From the NCBI GenBank assembly GCA_902796815.1, contig CADBQL010000019.1, positions 1 to 25,286 of the forward strand: a stretch of DNA of 25,286 nucleotides, in the 5' to 3' direction. Position 1 is the first letter of the stretch; each line of letters starts with the position of its first letter. The notes under the pieces were generated by a model. The model did no database searches. It was not told the DNA's origin and worked only from the letters and a program-made list of their open reading frames with translations. The stretch is from an uncultured Coriobacteriaceae bacterium (GTDB lineage: Bacteria; Actinomycetota; Coriobacteriia; Coriobacteriales; Eggerthellaceae). Of the stretch, positions 1 to 7,736 are shown piece after piece. Both the position numbers and the translations under genes were made by a program.

Positions 1-17
1 ATCGGCGCTTTTCAGCG

Positions 18-46
18 ATGAGTCTCGCCCCTGGGGCGCGACTCAT
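18..46. repeat. 29-bp palindromic intergenic repeat, copy 1
   Basis: atgagtctcgcccc-t-ggggcgcgactcat: 14-bp arms with one mismatch; matches copies at 989, 3857 and 9305. Confidence 0.85.
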
Positions 47-98
47 CCGAAAATGAGATTAGCCCCGCAGCCGCGACTCGTATCGCAACTTACTCGAT

Positions 99-944
99 CT
101 ACGATTTGCGAAAGTTGATGATGGCGCGGATGAGGCAAAACGCAGATACGGCGCCTGCGACGATCATGAGGCTGCCATCGCCGCCGCGCTGGTACAGCTG
201 AATGACAAGCGAAGCGAAAATGATGGAGCCTGCAACCCATAGCAATGCGTTCATCTGGTTCAAGCGCTTTTCCCTCAGACGAGCCGTTGCGTTTCCGCTG
301 GCTGCGCGTTCTGCTTCCTCGGCAAGCCTCCGATCGCGTTCCTCCCAATACGCCTGGCCTTTTTCGTCGCGTCGACTTTGGTGTTCGATGACGAAGGCGC
401 GGTAGCAGCAAAGAAGCGCCTCCGCAGTGTCTGCGAGCGTGTTGCCTGGTTGTTTGATGTCGTAATATGCGCACATATCGAAAAGCGATGTCGTCGGCGC
501 AGGCTCGCCTGGGTAGTCTTGGGCGCAGTGGGCTTCGCGAAACTCGTCGCTCATGTCAAAGCTGCGATGTGCGGGCAGCGATATCCAACTTGCCTCGATG
601 AGCGTCTGGGCGAAAGCGGTGTGCTCGCATACCACGATAGACGCCTTGTCTACGATTTCGATGATTTCATCTTCGAATTGATAGAGCTCAGGTTCGTCGC
701 AGACATCGTCAGGCGCAATTCCTCCCGATGCATCGGAAGGAGCCCATTGCTCGACATTTTGGGGGTTTACCCGTTTGCGGAAGAGCTCGCGTCCACCAAA
801 ATCGCTAATGAAAAGCTCGACGATTTCGTCTCCCGCTAACGAAAAACCAGTTGTGTGCATTGTGATCACGCAGCCGTTTTCTAGCGGAAGCGCCGCTAAC
901 TCGAGCAAACGCTCGTCTCCCTGCTCGCGATATTCGTAGAGCAT
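99..944 (-). CDS. DnaQ/DEDDh 3'-5' exonuclease-like protein, catalytically degenerate, with two C-terminal TM helices (281 aa)
   Basis: ATG at 944 with GGAGAGG RBS upstream. ITMHTTG...DEIVEL resembles the DxETTG..DxIIEI motif I, and EHTAF resembles HNxxFD. Hydrophobic segments ALLWVAGSIIFASLVIQLY and LMIVAGAVSAFCLIRAII at the C-terminus. Confidence 0.7.
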   Translation of the reverse strand: MLYEYREQGDERLLELAALPLENGCVITMHTTGFSLAGDEIVELFISDFGGRELFRKRVNPQNVEQWAPSDASGGIAPDDVCDEPELYQFEDEIIEIVDKASIVVCEHTAFAQTLIEASWISLPAHRSFDMSDEFREAHCAQDYPGEPAPTTSLFDMCAYYDIKQPGNTLADTAEALLCCYRAFVIEHQSRRDEKGQAYWEERDRRLAEEAERAASGNATARLREKRLNQMNALLWVAGSIIFASLVIQLYQRGGDGSLMIVAGAVSAFCLIRAIINFRKS

Positions 945-988
945 TGCGCCCCTCTCCATCTCGAATGAGTTCTGCCCTCGGGATAAGA

Positions 989-1017
989 ATGAGTTTTGCC
1001 CCTGGGGCAAAACTCAT
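989..1017. repeat. 29-bp palindromic intergenic repeat, copy 2 (preceded by a degenerate half copy at 965-982)
   Basis: atgagttttgcccc-t-ggggcaaaactcat is a perfect palindrome; atgagttctgccctcggg lies 24 bp upstream. Confidence 0.85.
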
Positions 1018-1042
1018 TTTACTACGGCAGATGGCGGTAAAG

Positions 1043-1051
1043 TGCTATCAT
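1043..1051 (+). promoter_or_regulatory. possible extended -10 promoter for tRNA-Arg
   Basis: TGcTATCAT 13 nt upstream of the mature tRNA 5' end; no clear -35. Confidence 0.4.
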
Positions 1052-1064
1052 AGAGAAGTTACGC

Positions 1065-1141
1065 GCCCCCATAGCTCAGTTGTATAGAGCAGCTGCCTTC
1101 TAAGCAGCGGGTCGTAGGTTAGAGTCCTACTGGGGGCGCCA
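1065..1141 (+). tRNA. tRNA-Arg (anticodon TCT)
   Basis: Cloverleaf: acceptor GCCCCCA/TGGGGGC, D stem GCTC/GAGC, anticodon stem GCTGC/GCAGC with loop CTTCTAA, T stem GTAGG/CCTAC, encoded CCA; 77 nt. Confidence 0.95.
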
Positions 1142-1152
1142 GCCGACGATTG

Positions 1153-1181
1153 ACGAACCACCATTGCGGCGGTTCGTTTTG
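1153..1181 (+). terminator. intrinsic terminator after tRNA
   Basis: acgaaccacc-attgc-ggcggttcgt stem-loop followed by a T-rich run. Confidence 0.6.
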
Positions 1182-1260
1182 TTATTGAGCTGGAAACAAG
1201 ACCAAATGCGCCTGTGCAAAAATGGGTTCAGGTGTTGCGGACGACGAAACGGAGGATGTT

Positions 1261-2268
1261 ATGGGAAGCCTGAAAGGCCGCGATTTTTTGAAGCTGCTCG
1301 ATTTCTCGAGCGATGAGATCCGCCATCTGCTAGATCTGTCTCACCAGCTCAAGGCTATGAAACACAACGGAGTGCCCCATAAGTTCCTTGAGGGGAAAAA
1401 CATCGTGCTCCTGTTCGAAAAAACCTCGACGCGCACGCGCTGCTCGTTTGAGGTGGCAGGCTACGATTTGGGCATGGGCGTGACGTTTTTGGATCCGGGC
1501 AGCTCGCAGGTCTCCAAGAAAGAATCCATCGCCGACACGGCGCGTGTGCTTTCGCGTTTCTACGACGGTATCGAGTATCGCGGGTTTGGGCAAGATATTG
1601 TCGAGGAGCTGGCGCATTATGCCGATTGTCCGGTCTGGAATGGCCTTACCAACGAATGGCATCCGACGCAGATGATCGCTGACATCATGACGATGCAGGA
1701 AGCCTTCGGGCAAGATTTGAGTGGCCGTACGCTCGTGTTCATGGGCGATGCGCGCAATAACGTGGCCAATTCGCTCATGGTTGTATGCGCCAAGCTCGGC
1801 GTTAACTTTGTTGCGTGTGGTCCGGCGGAAAATCAGCCTGAGGGTTGGCTTGTGGAAACATGCACCGCCATCGCTGAGCAAAACGGCTCGACAGTGCTGG
1901 TGACAGACGATGTCGAGAAAGGGTGCGCTGGTGCCGACGCCATCTATACCGACGTTTGGGTCTCGATGGGCGAGCCTGATGAGGTTTGGGAACAGCGCAT
2001 CAAATCGCTTTCGCCGTATCAGGTGAATACCCATGTAATGCAGCTCGCATCGCCCGATGCCATTTTCCTGCACTGCCTGCCTTCGTTCCATGATACGAAG
2101 ACTACGATAGGCGCAAAGATCGCAGAGCGCTTCGGGCTGCCCGAAATGGAAGTGACCGATGAGGTGTTTGAATCGGCCCAATCGCGCGTGTTCGACGAAG
2201 CTGAGAATCGCATGCATGCAATCAAGGCGATTATGTATGCGACGCTTTTGGACGAACCGTTGAACTAA
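1261..2268 (+). CDS. argF: ornithine carbamoyltransferase (ArgF/ArcB family, 335 aa)
   Basis: GGAGG RBS at 1251-1255 before ATG 1261. Motifs FEKTSTRT, HPTQ, DVWVSMG, HCLP. Anabolic versus catabolic role cannot be resolved from sequence. Confidence 0.95.
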   Translation: MGSLKGRDFLKLLDFSSDEIRHLLDLSHQLKAMKHNGVPHKFLEGKNIVLLFEKTSTRTRCSFEVAGYDLGMGVTFLDPGSSQVSKKESIADTARVLSRFYDGIEYRGFGQDIVEELAHYADCPVWNGLTNEWHPTQMIADIMTMQEAFGQDLSGRTLVFMGDARNNVANSLMVVCAKLGVNFVACGPAENQPEGWLVETCTAIAEQNGSTVLVTDDVEKGCAGADAIYTDVWVSMGEPDEVWEQRIKSLSPYQVNTHVMQLASPDAIFLHCLPSFHDTKTTIGAKIAERFGLPEMEVTDEVFESAQSRVFDEAENRMHAIKAIMYATLLDEPLN

Positions 2269-2306
2269 AATAGCTCCTGACTGTTTTTGCCTGGAGGAGG
2301 AAGCGC

Positions 2307-3791
2307 ATGTCCCCAAACGATGAGTATTGGAATCATCAGCAACCGATTGCTCAGCCCCAGATGCAGCAAGGACCAACACAGCAGCCGCTGCCGCAGGATG
2401 AGTTATCCGGGCAGGTGGGCGCTTCTTCGCGGGTTCGCATGTCTAATCAGGCGCAATCGGGCCTGTCGGCACAGCCTATTGAAGAGGATCGGGAGCAATC
2501 GGGGGCGGCAAAGCCACAGCCGCAGGTTGTGCAGTCGGTCCAGGCACAGCGGCCAGTTGAATTTAGACCCCAGTATACTAATCAATTCGAGATGGGGGGC
2601 TCCGCCCAATTGTTTGAGCCCAATCAAGCCCAGCAGCAATCGCAAGTAGCGCACCTGATGCAGGCTTCGCAATTTGAGCCGGAACAGCAGCAGGCGCAAG
2701 CGCAGCCGGCTGCGCAATTCGTCGGCGATTGGAACGCCCCCGCACAAGCGCAGTCTCAACCAGCTGCGCAATTCGCAGGCGAATGGCATGCCCCCGCGGC
2801 GCCGCAGGCGCAAGCTGCAGGATATGCCACGCAAACATCGCAGCAAGCCACGGCTGCGGCGCAGAAAAAAAGCCGCGGTTGGATTGTCGCTATCGTCATC
2901 ACTTTGAGCGTGCTTGCATTCCTGTGCTTTTCGGTCTATTCGTGTACGAACACACTATCGGGCTTGTCTACGATCAACACGTCGGGCGATTATGGGTTGG
3001 ACGGCGTTGATGGCGATGTGGTTGCTGTCATCGATCTCGACGGTACCATCCAGTACGATGGCACGGCCTGCAGTCCCGAGGGACTCAAGGAGTTGCTCGA
3101 CCGCGCCCAGGAAAACAATCATGTCAAGGCTCTCGTGCTGCGCGTGAATTCTGGCGGCGGCACGGCGACTGCCGGCGAGGAGATGGCCGAGTATCTGAGG
3201 CAATTCGACAAGCCCGTCGTCGTTTCAAGCGCGTCTATCAATGCATCGGCTGCCTACGAGATTTCATCACAAGCCGATTATATTTATGTTGCCAAATCGA
3301 CCGAGATTGGAGCCATCGGCACAGTCATGCAGGTGACCGATTTGTCGGGTTTGTTCGAGAAGCTCGGCATCAAGATGGAAACCATTGCATCAGCGGAAAG
3401 CAAGGACTCGTCTTATGGCTACCGCTCGCTGACGGAAGAGGAGCGCGCATACTACCAGGATATGATTACGCAGATCAACGACATGTTCATCGAAAACGTG
3501 GCGACAGGGCGCAAGATGAAGGAAGCGGATGTGCGCAAGCTTGCGACAGGACTCGTTTTCACGGGTGCTACAGCCGTCGAAAACGGTCTTGCCGATGGGA
3601 TAGGGACGCGTGAGGATGCGGTGAAGAAGGCCGCTGAGCTTGCGGGAATTACGGAATACACGACCGCGAATCTCACGTTGACGTCATACGATTTGGGAAA
3701 CCTCGCCTACCTGCTCGGCGAAGATCGCTCGTCAGCTTCGGATCTGCTGAAGCTGCTCGAGCAGGCTGATGAGGCGAAGCTGCGCCAGTAA
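2307..3791 (+). CDS. sppA: signal peptide peptidase SppA (S49) with long Gln/Ala-rich N-terminal extension and one TM helix
   Basis: GGAGG RBS; LRVNSGGG, ASAAYEIS (catalytic Ser), EIGAIG, SKD (Lys) and GLADGIG motifs; TM WIVAIVITLSVLAFLCFSVY. Confidence 0.88.
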   Translation: MSPNDEYWNHQQPIAQPQMQQGPTQQPLPQDELSGQVGASSRVRMSNQAQSGLSAQPIEEDREQSGAAKPQPQVVQSVQAQRPVEFRPQYTNQFEMGGSAQLFEPNQAQQQSQVAHLMQASQFEPEQQQAQAQPAAQFVGDWNAPAQAQSQPAAQFAGEWHAPAAPQAQAAGYATQTSQQATAAAQKKSRGWIVAIVITLSVLAFLCFSVYSCTNTLSGLSTINTSGDYGLDGVDGDVVAVIDLDGTIQYDGTACSPEGLKELLDRAQENNHVKALVLRVNSGGGTATAGEEMAEYLRQFDKPVVVSSASINASAAYEISSQADYIYVAKSTEIGAIGTVMQVTDLSGLFEKLGIKMETIASAESKDSSYGYRSLTEEERAYYQDMITQINDMFIENVATGRKMKEADVRKLATGLVFTGATAVENGLADGIGTREDAVKKAAELAGITEYTTANLTLTSYDLGNLAYLLGEDRSSASDLLKLLEQADEAKLRQ

Positions 3792-3856
3792 GCTACGAGA
3801 GGGCGAATGAGCCAAGTCCTGTAGCTCGGCACATCGATTACGAGCCCGCCCGACTA

Positions 3857-3885
3857 ATGAGTTATGCTCCCGAGGCGTGACTCAT
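3857..3885. repeat. 29-bp palindromic intergenic repeat, copy 3 (diverged)
   Basis: atgagttatgctcc-c-gaggcgtgactcat: 3 of 4 deviations from perfect pairing are T:G wobble-compatible. Confidence 0.75.
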
Positions 3886-3916
3886 CGCACAGAACCAACA
3901 AGAGGGGATAAGAAGC

Positions 3917-5935
3917 ATGACGAAAAAGACCACAGCATTCGAGCGTCAGAAATGGCCGGCGCGCGCCGTCGTTACGGCGGGCATGCCGTATGGCAACAAG
4001 CCGCTGCACTTTGGGCACATTGCCGGCGTATTTGTTCCCGCTGATTGCTATGCCCGCTTTCTGCGCGATCGCATCGGCGAAGAGAATGTTCGCTTTATCA
4101 GCGGAACCGACTGCTTCGGATCTCCGATTGACGAAGGGTATCGCAAGCTCGTAGAAGCAGGGCAGTTCGACGGAACTATTTCGGAGTATGTGCAGCGAAA
4201 CCATGATGCGCAAAAGGCCACGCTCGATGCCTACGACATCTCGCTTAGCATCTACGAGGGTTCTGGCATCGGACGCGCTGGTGAACGCCAACAAGAGGTT
4301 TCCGAAAATCTCATCCGGCGCTTACACGAGAACGGTTGGCTGCATAAGCGCTCGACGCTGCAGTTTTTCGACGCTGAAGCCGGTATCTACCTCAATGGCC
4401 GTCAGGTGACTGGTCGTTGTCCTGTTCAGGGCTGCAAGTCCGATCAGGGTTATGCCGATGAGTGCTCGCTTGGCCACAGCTATGCCCCCGAGGACCTCAT
4501 CGCTCCCAAATCGACGGTAACAGGCACTGTGCCCGAGATGCGTCCAGTGGACAATTGGTATTTCGATCTTCCAGCGTTTAGGGATTTCCTCATCGAACAC
4601 GTTAAGAGTTTGGAGGCGGATCCCAATATTCGTTCCATCGTGCCACAGACGTGCGCCGAGTTTTTGGGCGCGCCCATCATATATGTCAAGAATGACGAAC
4701 GCGAGCTGTTCGAAGGCGTTTCGGCGCAGTTACCAGCGCATGTGGTGCGCGAGCCTGAGGCAGGCAAGGCGTCTTTCGAGGTCGAGTTCGAATCCATCGA
4801 TGCGCGCGACGATGCGCGTGACGTGTTGCGCCGAGCCGGCCTGCGTTTTCGCACCGGGAAAGCGCTTGTGCCGTTCCGTATCACCGGCAATATCGAATGG
4901 GGCGTAAAAGCGCCGGTTATCGATGGGGTTGAAGGCTTGACCGTGTGGTGCTGGCCCGAAAGCCTTTGGGCACCGATTTCGTTTACGATGGCGGCTAACG
5001 ACGGGCTTGGCTTGAGCGAAGACAGCTGGCGCGATTTCTGGTGTGATGAAGATGCCGAGGTTTACCAGTTCATCGGCCAAGATAATCTGTATTTCTATGG
5101 GGTCGTACAGCCGGCGCTTTGGGAAGCGCTGCGTCCAGGTGAGATTTTCTCGCACGATGCTACCGACCGTCCGTTGCGGCAGACGCGGCTCATCGCGAAC
5201 TACCACGTATTGCTCGGTAACAAGAAGGCCTCCTCTTCGGGGGCTGTCAAGCCTCCTACGGCTGATGAGCTGCTTGAGCATTACACGGCCGCGCAGTTAC
5301 GTGCGCATTTCCTTGCGCTTGGGCTCGATCAGAAGTCCGTCGGCTTCAAACCTAAGGCGTTTGATCCCGACGAGAGCGTGCGAAACGACACGCGCGTGGC
5401 CGATCCTGCGCTCAAGGAATCGAAGCTGCTGTCTAATGTGTTCAACCGTTTGGCGCGCAGTGTGCTCTATGAGGCAAAACGTAATTTCGATTGCAAGATT
5501 CCTATGTGCGCTCCCACGCCTGCGGTTGTTGAGCGGGCTTTGCGCACATTGGGGGATTACGATCGGATCATGAAGAAAGCGGAGCTGCATTCCATCATGT
5601 CACTTATGGACGAGTTCATTAGATTCGCGAATAAGACCTGGGCTGATGGTATTTCGGCAGCTGAAGAATCCGAGGATGCGAACGCCCGCCGCCAGGTGCT
5701 CGCCGATGCAGCGTATCTGCTGTGGATCTGTACGTTGCTCATGCATCCAGTTGTTCCAGCAGGTTGCGAAGATATCTGCGAAAAGCTCGACTTTGACCCG
5801 AAGACGTTTTTCAGCTGGGAGCACGAGTTCGCGTCGCTTGCAGAGCTGGCCATCGAGCCTGATGAGCCTGCCGTTTTGCCAGATGGCAGGCAGCATGTCG
5901 TGCAGGAACTTCCCCCTCGTTACGATTTCTTCTAA
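3917..5935 (+). CDS. metG: methionine--tRNA ligase (672 aa)
   Basis: TAGMPYGNKPLHFGH (HIGH), SGTDCFG, Zn knuckle CPVQGC...DECSLGH, VWCWPES, FIGQDN, KASSS at the KMSKS position. Confidence 0.93.
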   Translation: MTKKTTAFERQKWPARAVVTAGMPYGNKPLHFGHIAGVFVPADCYARFLRDRIGEENVRFISGTDCFGSPIDEGYRKLVEAGQFDGTISEYVQRNHDAQKATLDAYDISLSIYEGSGIGRAGERQQEVSENLIRRLHENGWLHKRSTLQFFDAEAGIYLNGRQVTGRCPVQGCKSDQGYADECSLGHSYAPEDLIAPKSTVTGTVPEMRPVDNWYFDLPAFRDFLIEHVKSLEADPNIRSIVPQTCAEFLGAPIIYVKNDERELFEGVSAQLPAHVVREPEAGKASFEVEFESIDARDDARDVLRRAGLRFRTGKALVPFRITGNIEWGVKAPVIDGVEGLTVWCWPESLWAPISFTMAANDGLGLSEDSWRDFWCDEDAEVYQFIGQDNLYFYGVVQPALWEALRPGEIFSHDATDRPLRQTRLIANYHVLLGNKKASSSGAVKPPTADELLEHYTAAQLRAHFLALGLDQKSVGFKPKAFDPDESVRNDTRVADPALKESKLLSNVFNRLARSVLYEAKRNFDCKIPMCAPTPAVVERALRTLGDYDRIMKKAELHSIMSLMDEFIRFANKTWADGISAAEESEDANARRQVLADAAYLLWICTLLMHPVVPAGCEDICEKLDFDPKTFFSWEHEFASLAELAIEPDEPAVLPDGRQHVVQELPPRYDFF

Positions 5936-5962
5936 CGCGTAAAAGGGTTGAGGTCAAAAGGA

Positions 5963-6000
5963 CGATGCCCGCGTGCATGTAGCATGCGGGCATCGGTTTC
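5963..6000 (+). terminator. intrinsic terminator after metG
   Basis: cgatgcccgcgtgc-atgta-gcatgcgggcatcg 14-bp stem followed by gtttc. Confidence 0.7.
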
Positions 6001-6161
6001 CTGTGTAATTTTTTGAACTATGTGCGCACTCTCGTCAAAACGTTATGGATGTTTCTCCTCTGGAAAATGACGCATTCAACATAAGAGGAGGTGAAAGGGC
6101 ATTTTTTTTTGCAAAAAGCAAACGGCGCACGTGTGCAACTTTTTTGTTCGAGCAAAATCGG

Positions 6162-6170
6162 TGGTAATCT
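6162..6170 (+). promoter_or_regulatory. possible extended -10 (TGgTAATCT) for NlpC/P60 gene 1
   Basis: An identical TGGTAATCT occurs upstream of the paralog (7692-7700) at a similar distance from the start codon. Confidence 0.45.
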
Positions 6171-6208
6171 TTGAGGGCACCCAAAGCAGGAATTGGAGGG
6201 ATAATTCA

Positions 6209-7426
6209 ATGAATTACTCACTCGGAAGAAGCCGCAGCGGGCAGTTCGTAGCTCTAATCGTAGCAACAATCGTAGCAAGCGCGATTCTGTTTATCGCAAC
6301 TCCGGCATATGCAGTCACTGCGGCGGAAAAAGAAGCAGAAGCCCAAGAAGCTCTGAATCAGCTGTACGCTCTGCAGGACACACTCGAACAAAAATCAGCT
6401 GAGTACTACCAATCTTTGGCCGAATACCAGGATGCCGTGACATTGCGCGATGCTGCGCAAGAGCGCATCGATGCGATTTCCGGCGAAATCACAGAGATTC
6501 AGGGCAGGTTGGGATCGCGTGCGCGTGAAATGTATCGCAACGGTGCCACGTCGTTTATCGACTTGCTGTTTGGTGCCACGTCGTTTGACGAGTTCACTCA
6601 GAATTGGGATATCCTGAATCGCCTGAATAGCAACGATGCCGAGCTTTCGACTAAGGCCAAGGCATTGCGCAACGAAACTAAGCGCAAGAAGACCGAGCTC
6701 ACGAAGCAGGCTGGCATTGCTGAGAAGAAATCGGCAAATGCACAGCGTGCCTTCAAAGAGTCGCAGGAGCTCGTTGCGCAGATGCAAGAGACCTACAATG
6801 GTCTTAGCGCAGAAGCGCGCAGGCTGTACGAAGAAGAGCAAGCCGCTGCCGCTGCGGCTGCCGCTGCAGCCGCCGCTGCCGCTGCTCAAGCGCAAGCCGA
6901 GGCTGAAGCCGCCGCTGCTGCCGAATACGACGGGGATGACGGATCCGGCGCTTATGAGGATGAGGAAACGGGCGAGACGTACTATTATTCCGATGGCGAC
7001 AACAACTATGTTGCCACGGAAGGTGCAGTCGAAAACGATGACGGCACGGTAACCGACATCAACACGGGTGAAACGTATGATTCGCCTACGGAATACACGG
7101 CATCGACCGGAAATGAAATCGTTGATCGCGCGGCATCTATGCTTGGTAGTGCCTACCAATACGGTGGCACGGGCGCTGACGGTACGTTCGACTGCTCGGG
7201 TCTTGTTGGCTATGCTCTGACCGGCACGACCGAGCGTATCGGTAACACCACCTCGTTCATGAGCGACTATAATCAGGTGAGCGATCCTCAGCCAGGTGAC
7301 ATTGCAGTGAACGCAGGCCATACCGGCATCTACATCGGCAACGGCCAGATGATTCACGCAGGCGATGAGTCTACGGGCGTCATTGTGGGCGACGTGCAAG
7401 ACGGTATGATTTACGTTCGTCCATAG
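6209..7426 (+). CDS. secreted coiled-coil + NlpC/P60 (C40) peptidoglycan endopeptidase, paralog 1 (405 aa)
   Basis: GGAGG RBS before ATG 6209; signal peptide ending AYA; PcsB/CwlO-like coiled coil; poly-Ala linker; FDCSGLV (Cys) and GHTGIYIGNGQMIHA (His). Confidence 0.92.
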   Translation: MNYSLGRSRSGQFVALIVATIVASAILFIATPAYAVTAAEKEAEAQEALNQLYALQDTLEQKSAEYYQSLAEYQDAVTLRDAAQERIDAISGEITEIQGRLGSRAREMYRNGATSFIDLLFGATSFDEFTQNWDILNRLNSNDAELSTKAKALRNETKRKKTELTKQAGIAEKKSANAQRAFKESQELVAQMQETYNGLSAEARRLYEEEQAAAAAAAAAAAAAAAQAQAEAEAAAAAEYDGDDGSGAYEDEETGETYYYSDGDNNYVATEGAVENDDGTVTDINTGETYDSPTEYTASTGNEIVDRAASMLGSAYQYGGTGADGTFDCSGLVGYALTGTTERIGNTTSFMSDYNQVSDPQPGDIAVNAGHTGIYIGNGQMIHAGDESTGVIVGDVQDGMIYVRP

Positions 7427-7466
7427 GTGTGCTTTTCAAGTACCGTACACAATGTTGTTCTAGTCG

Positions 7467-7500
7467 AGCGGCTGCAGCGAAGTGTTGCAGCCGCTTTTTT
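7467..7500 (+). terminator. intrinsic terminator after NlpC/P60 gene 1
   Basis: agcggctgcagc-gaagt-gttgcagccgct followed by a T run. Confidence 0.85.
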
Positions 7501-7691
7501 GTATTGTTCATGCAGGTTTGGGCACATATGCTTTTCGCCCGCCTTGTCACATGGGTAGTAGCAATAGCGCTCATATACACAATATGCTGTATATAGTCGT
7601 ACATACTATGTAGTTTCAGAGGTCAAAATATGGCTCTGACGTTGGGTTTTGATAACTCTTCAAAAGAAGTCAGTAATTGAAAACCCATATA

Positions 7692-7700
7692 TGGTAATCT
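7692..7700 (+). promoter_or_regulatory. possible extended -10 (TGgTAATCT) for NlpC/P60 gene 2
   Basis: Same 9-mer as at 6162-6170; 36 nt upstream of the ATG. Confidence 0.45.
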
Positions 7701-7736
7701 GGGTACCATGCGAAACGCTATGCAAACGGAGGTCAT

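Noticed and set aside
945-1010. N-terminal extension MPQGQNSFLSRGQNSF of the first ORF
   Set aside because: It is a translation of the palindromic repeat and its half copy; the RBS supports ATG 944
1065-1141. tRNA as integration site of an island or prophage
   Set aside because: No integrase and no duplicated tRNA 3' end found in the window; a housekeeping gene follows
1330-2379. 349-aa antisense ORF
   Set aside because: Shadow of ornithine carbamoyltransferase with no recognisable domain
6099-6170. Possible fourth copy of the 85-bp element
   Set aside because: Arms match poorly (gcattttt / aaaatcgg), spacing is 47 bp and the core motifs are missing
6395-7399. 334-aa antisense ORF
   Set aside because: Shadow of the NlpC/P60 gene with no motifs; typical of high-GC codon bias
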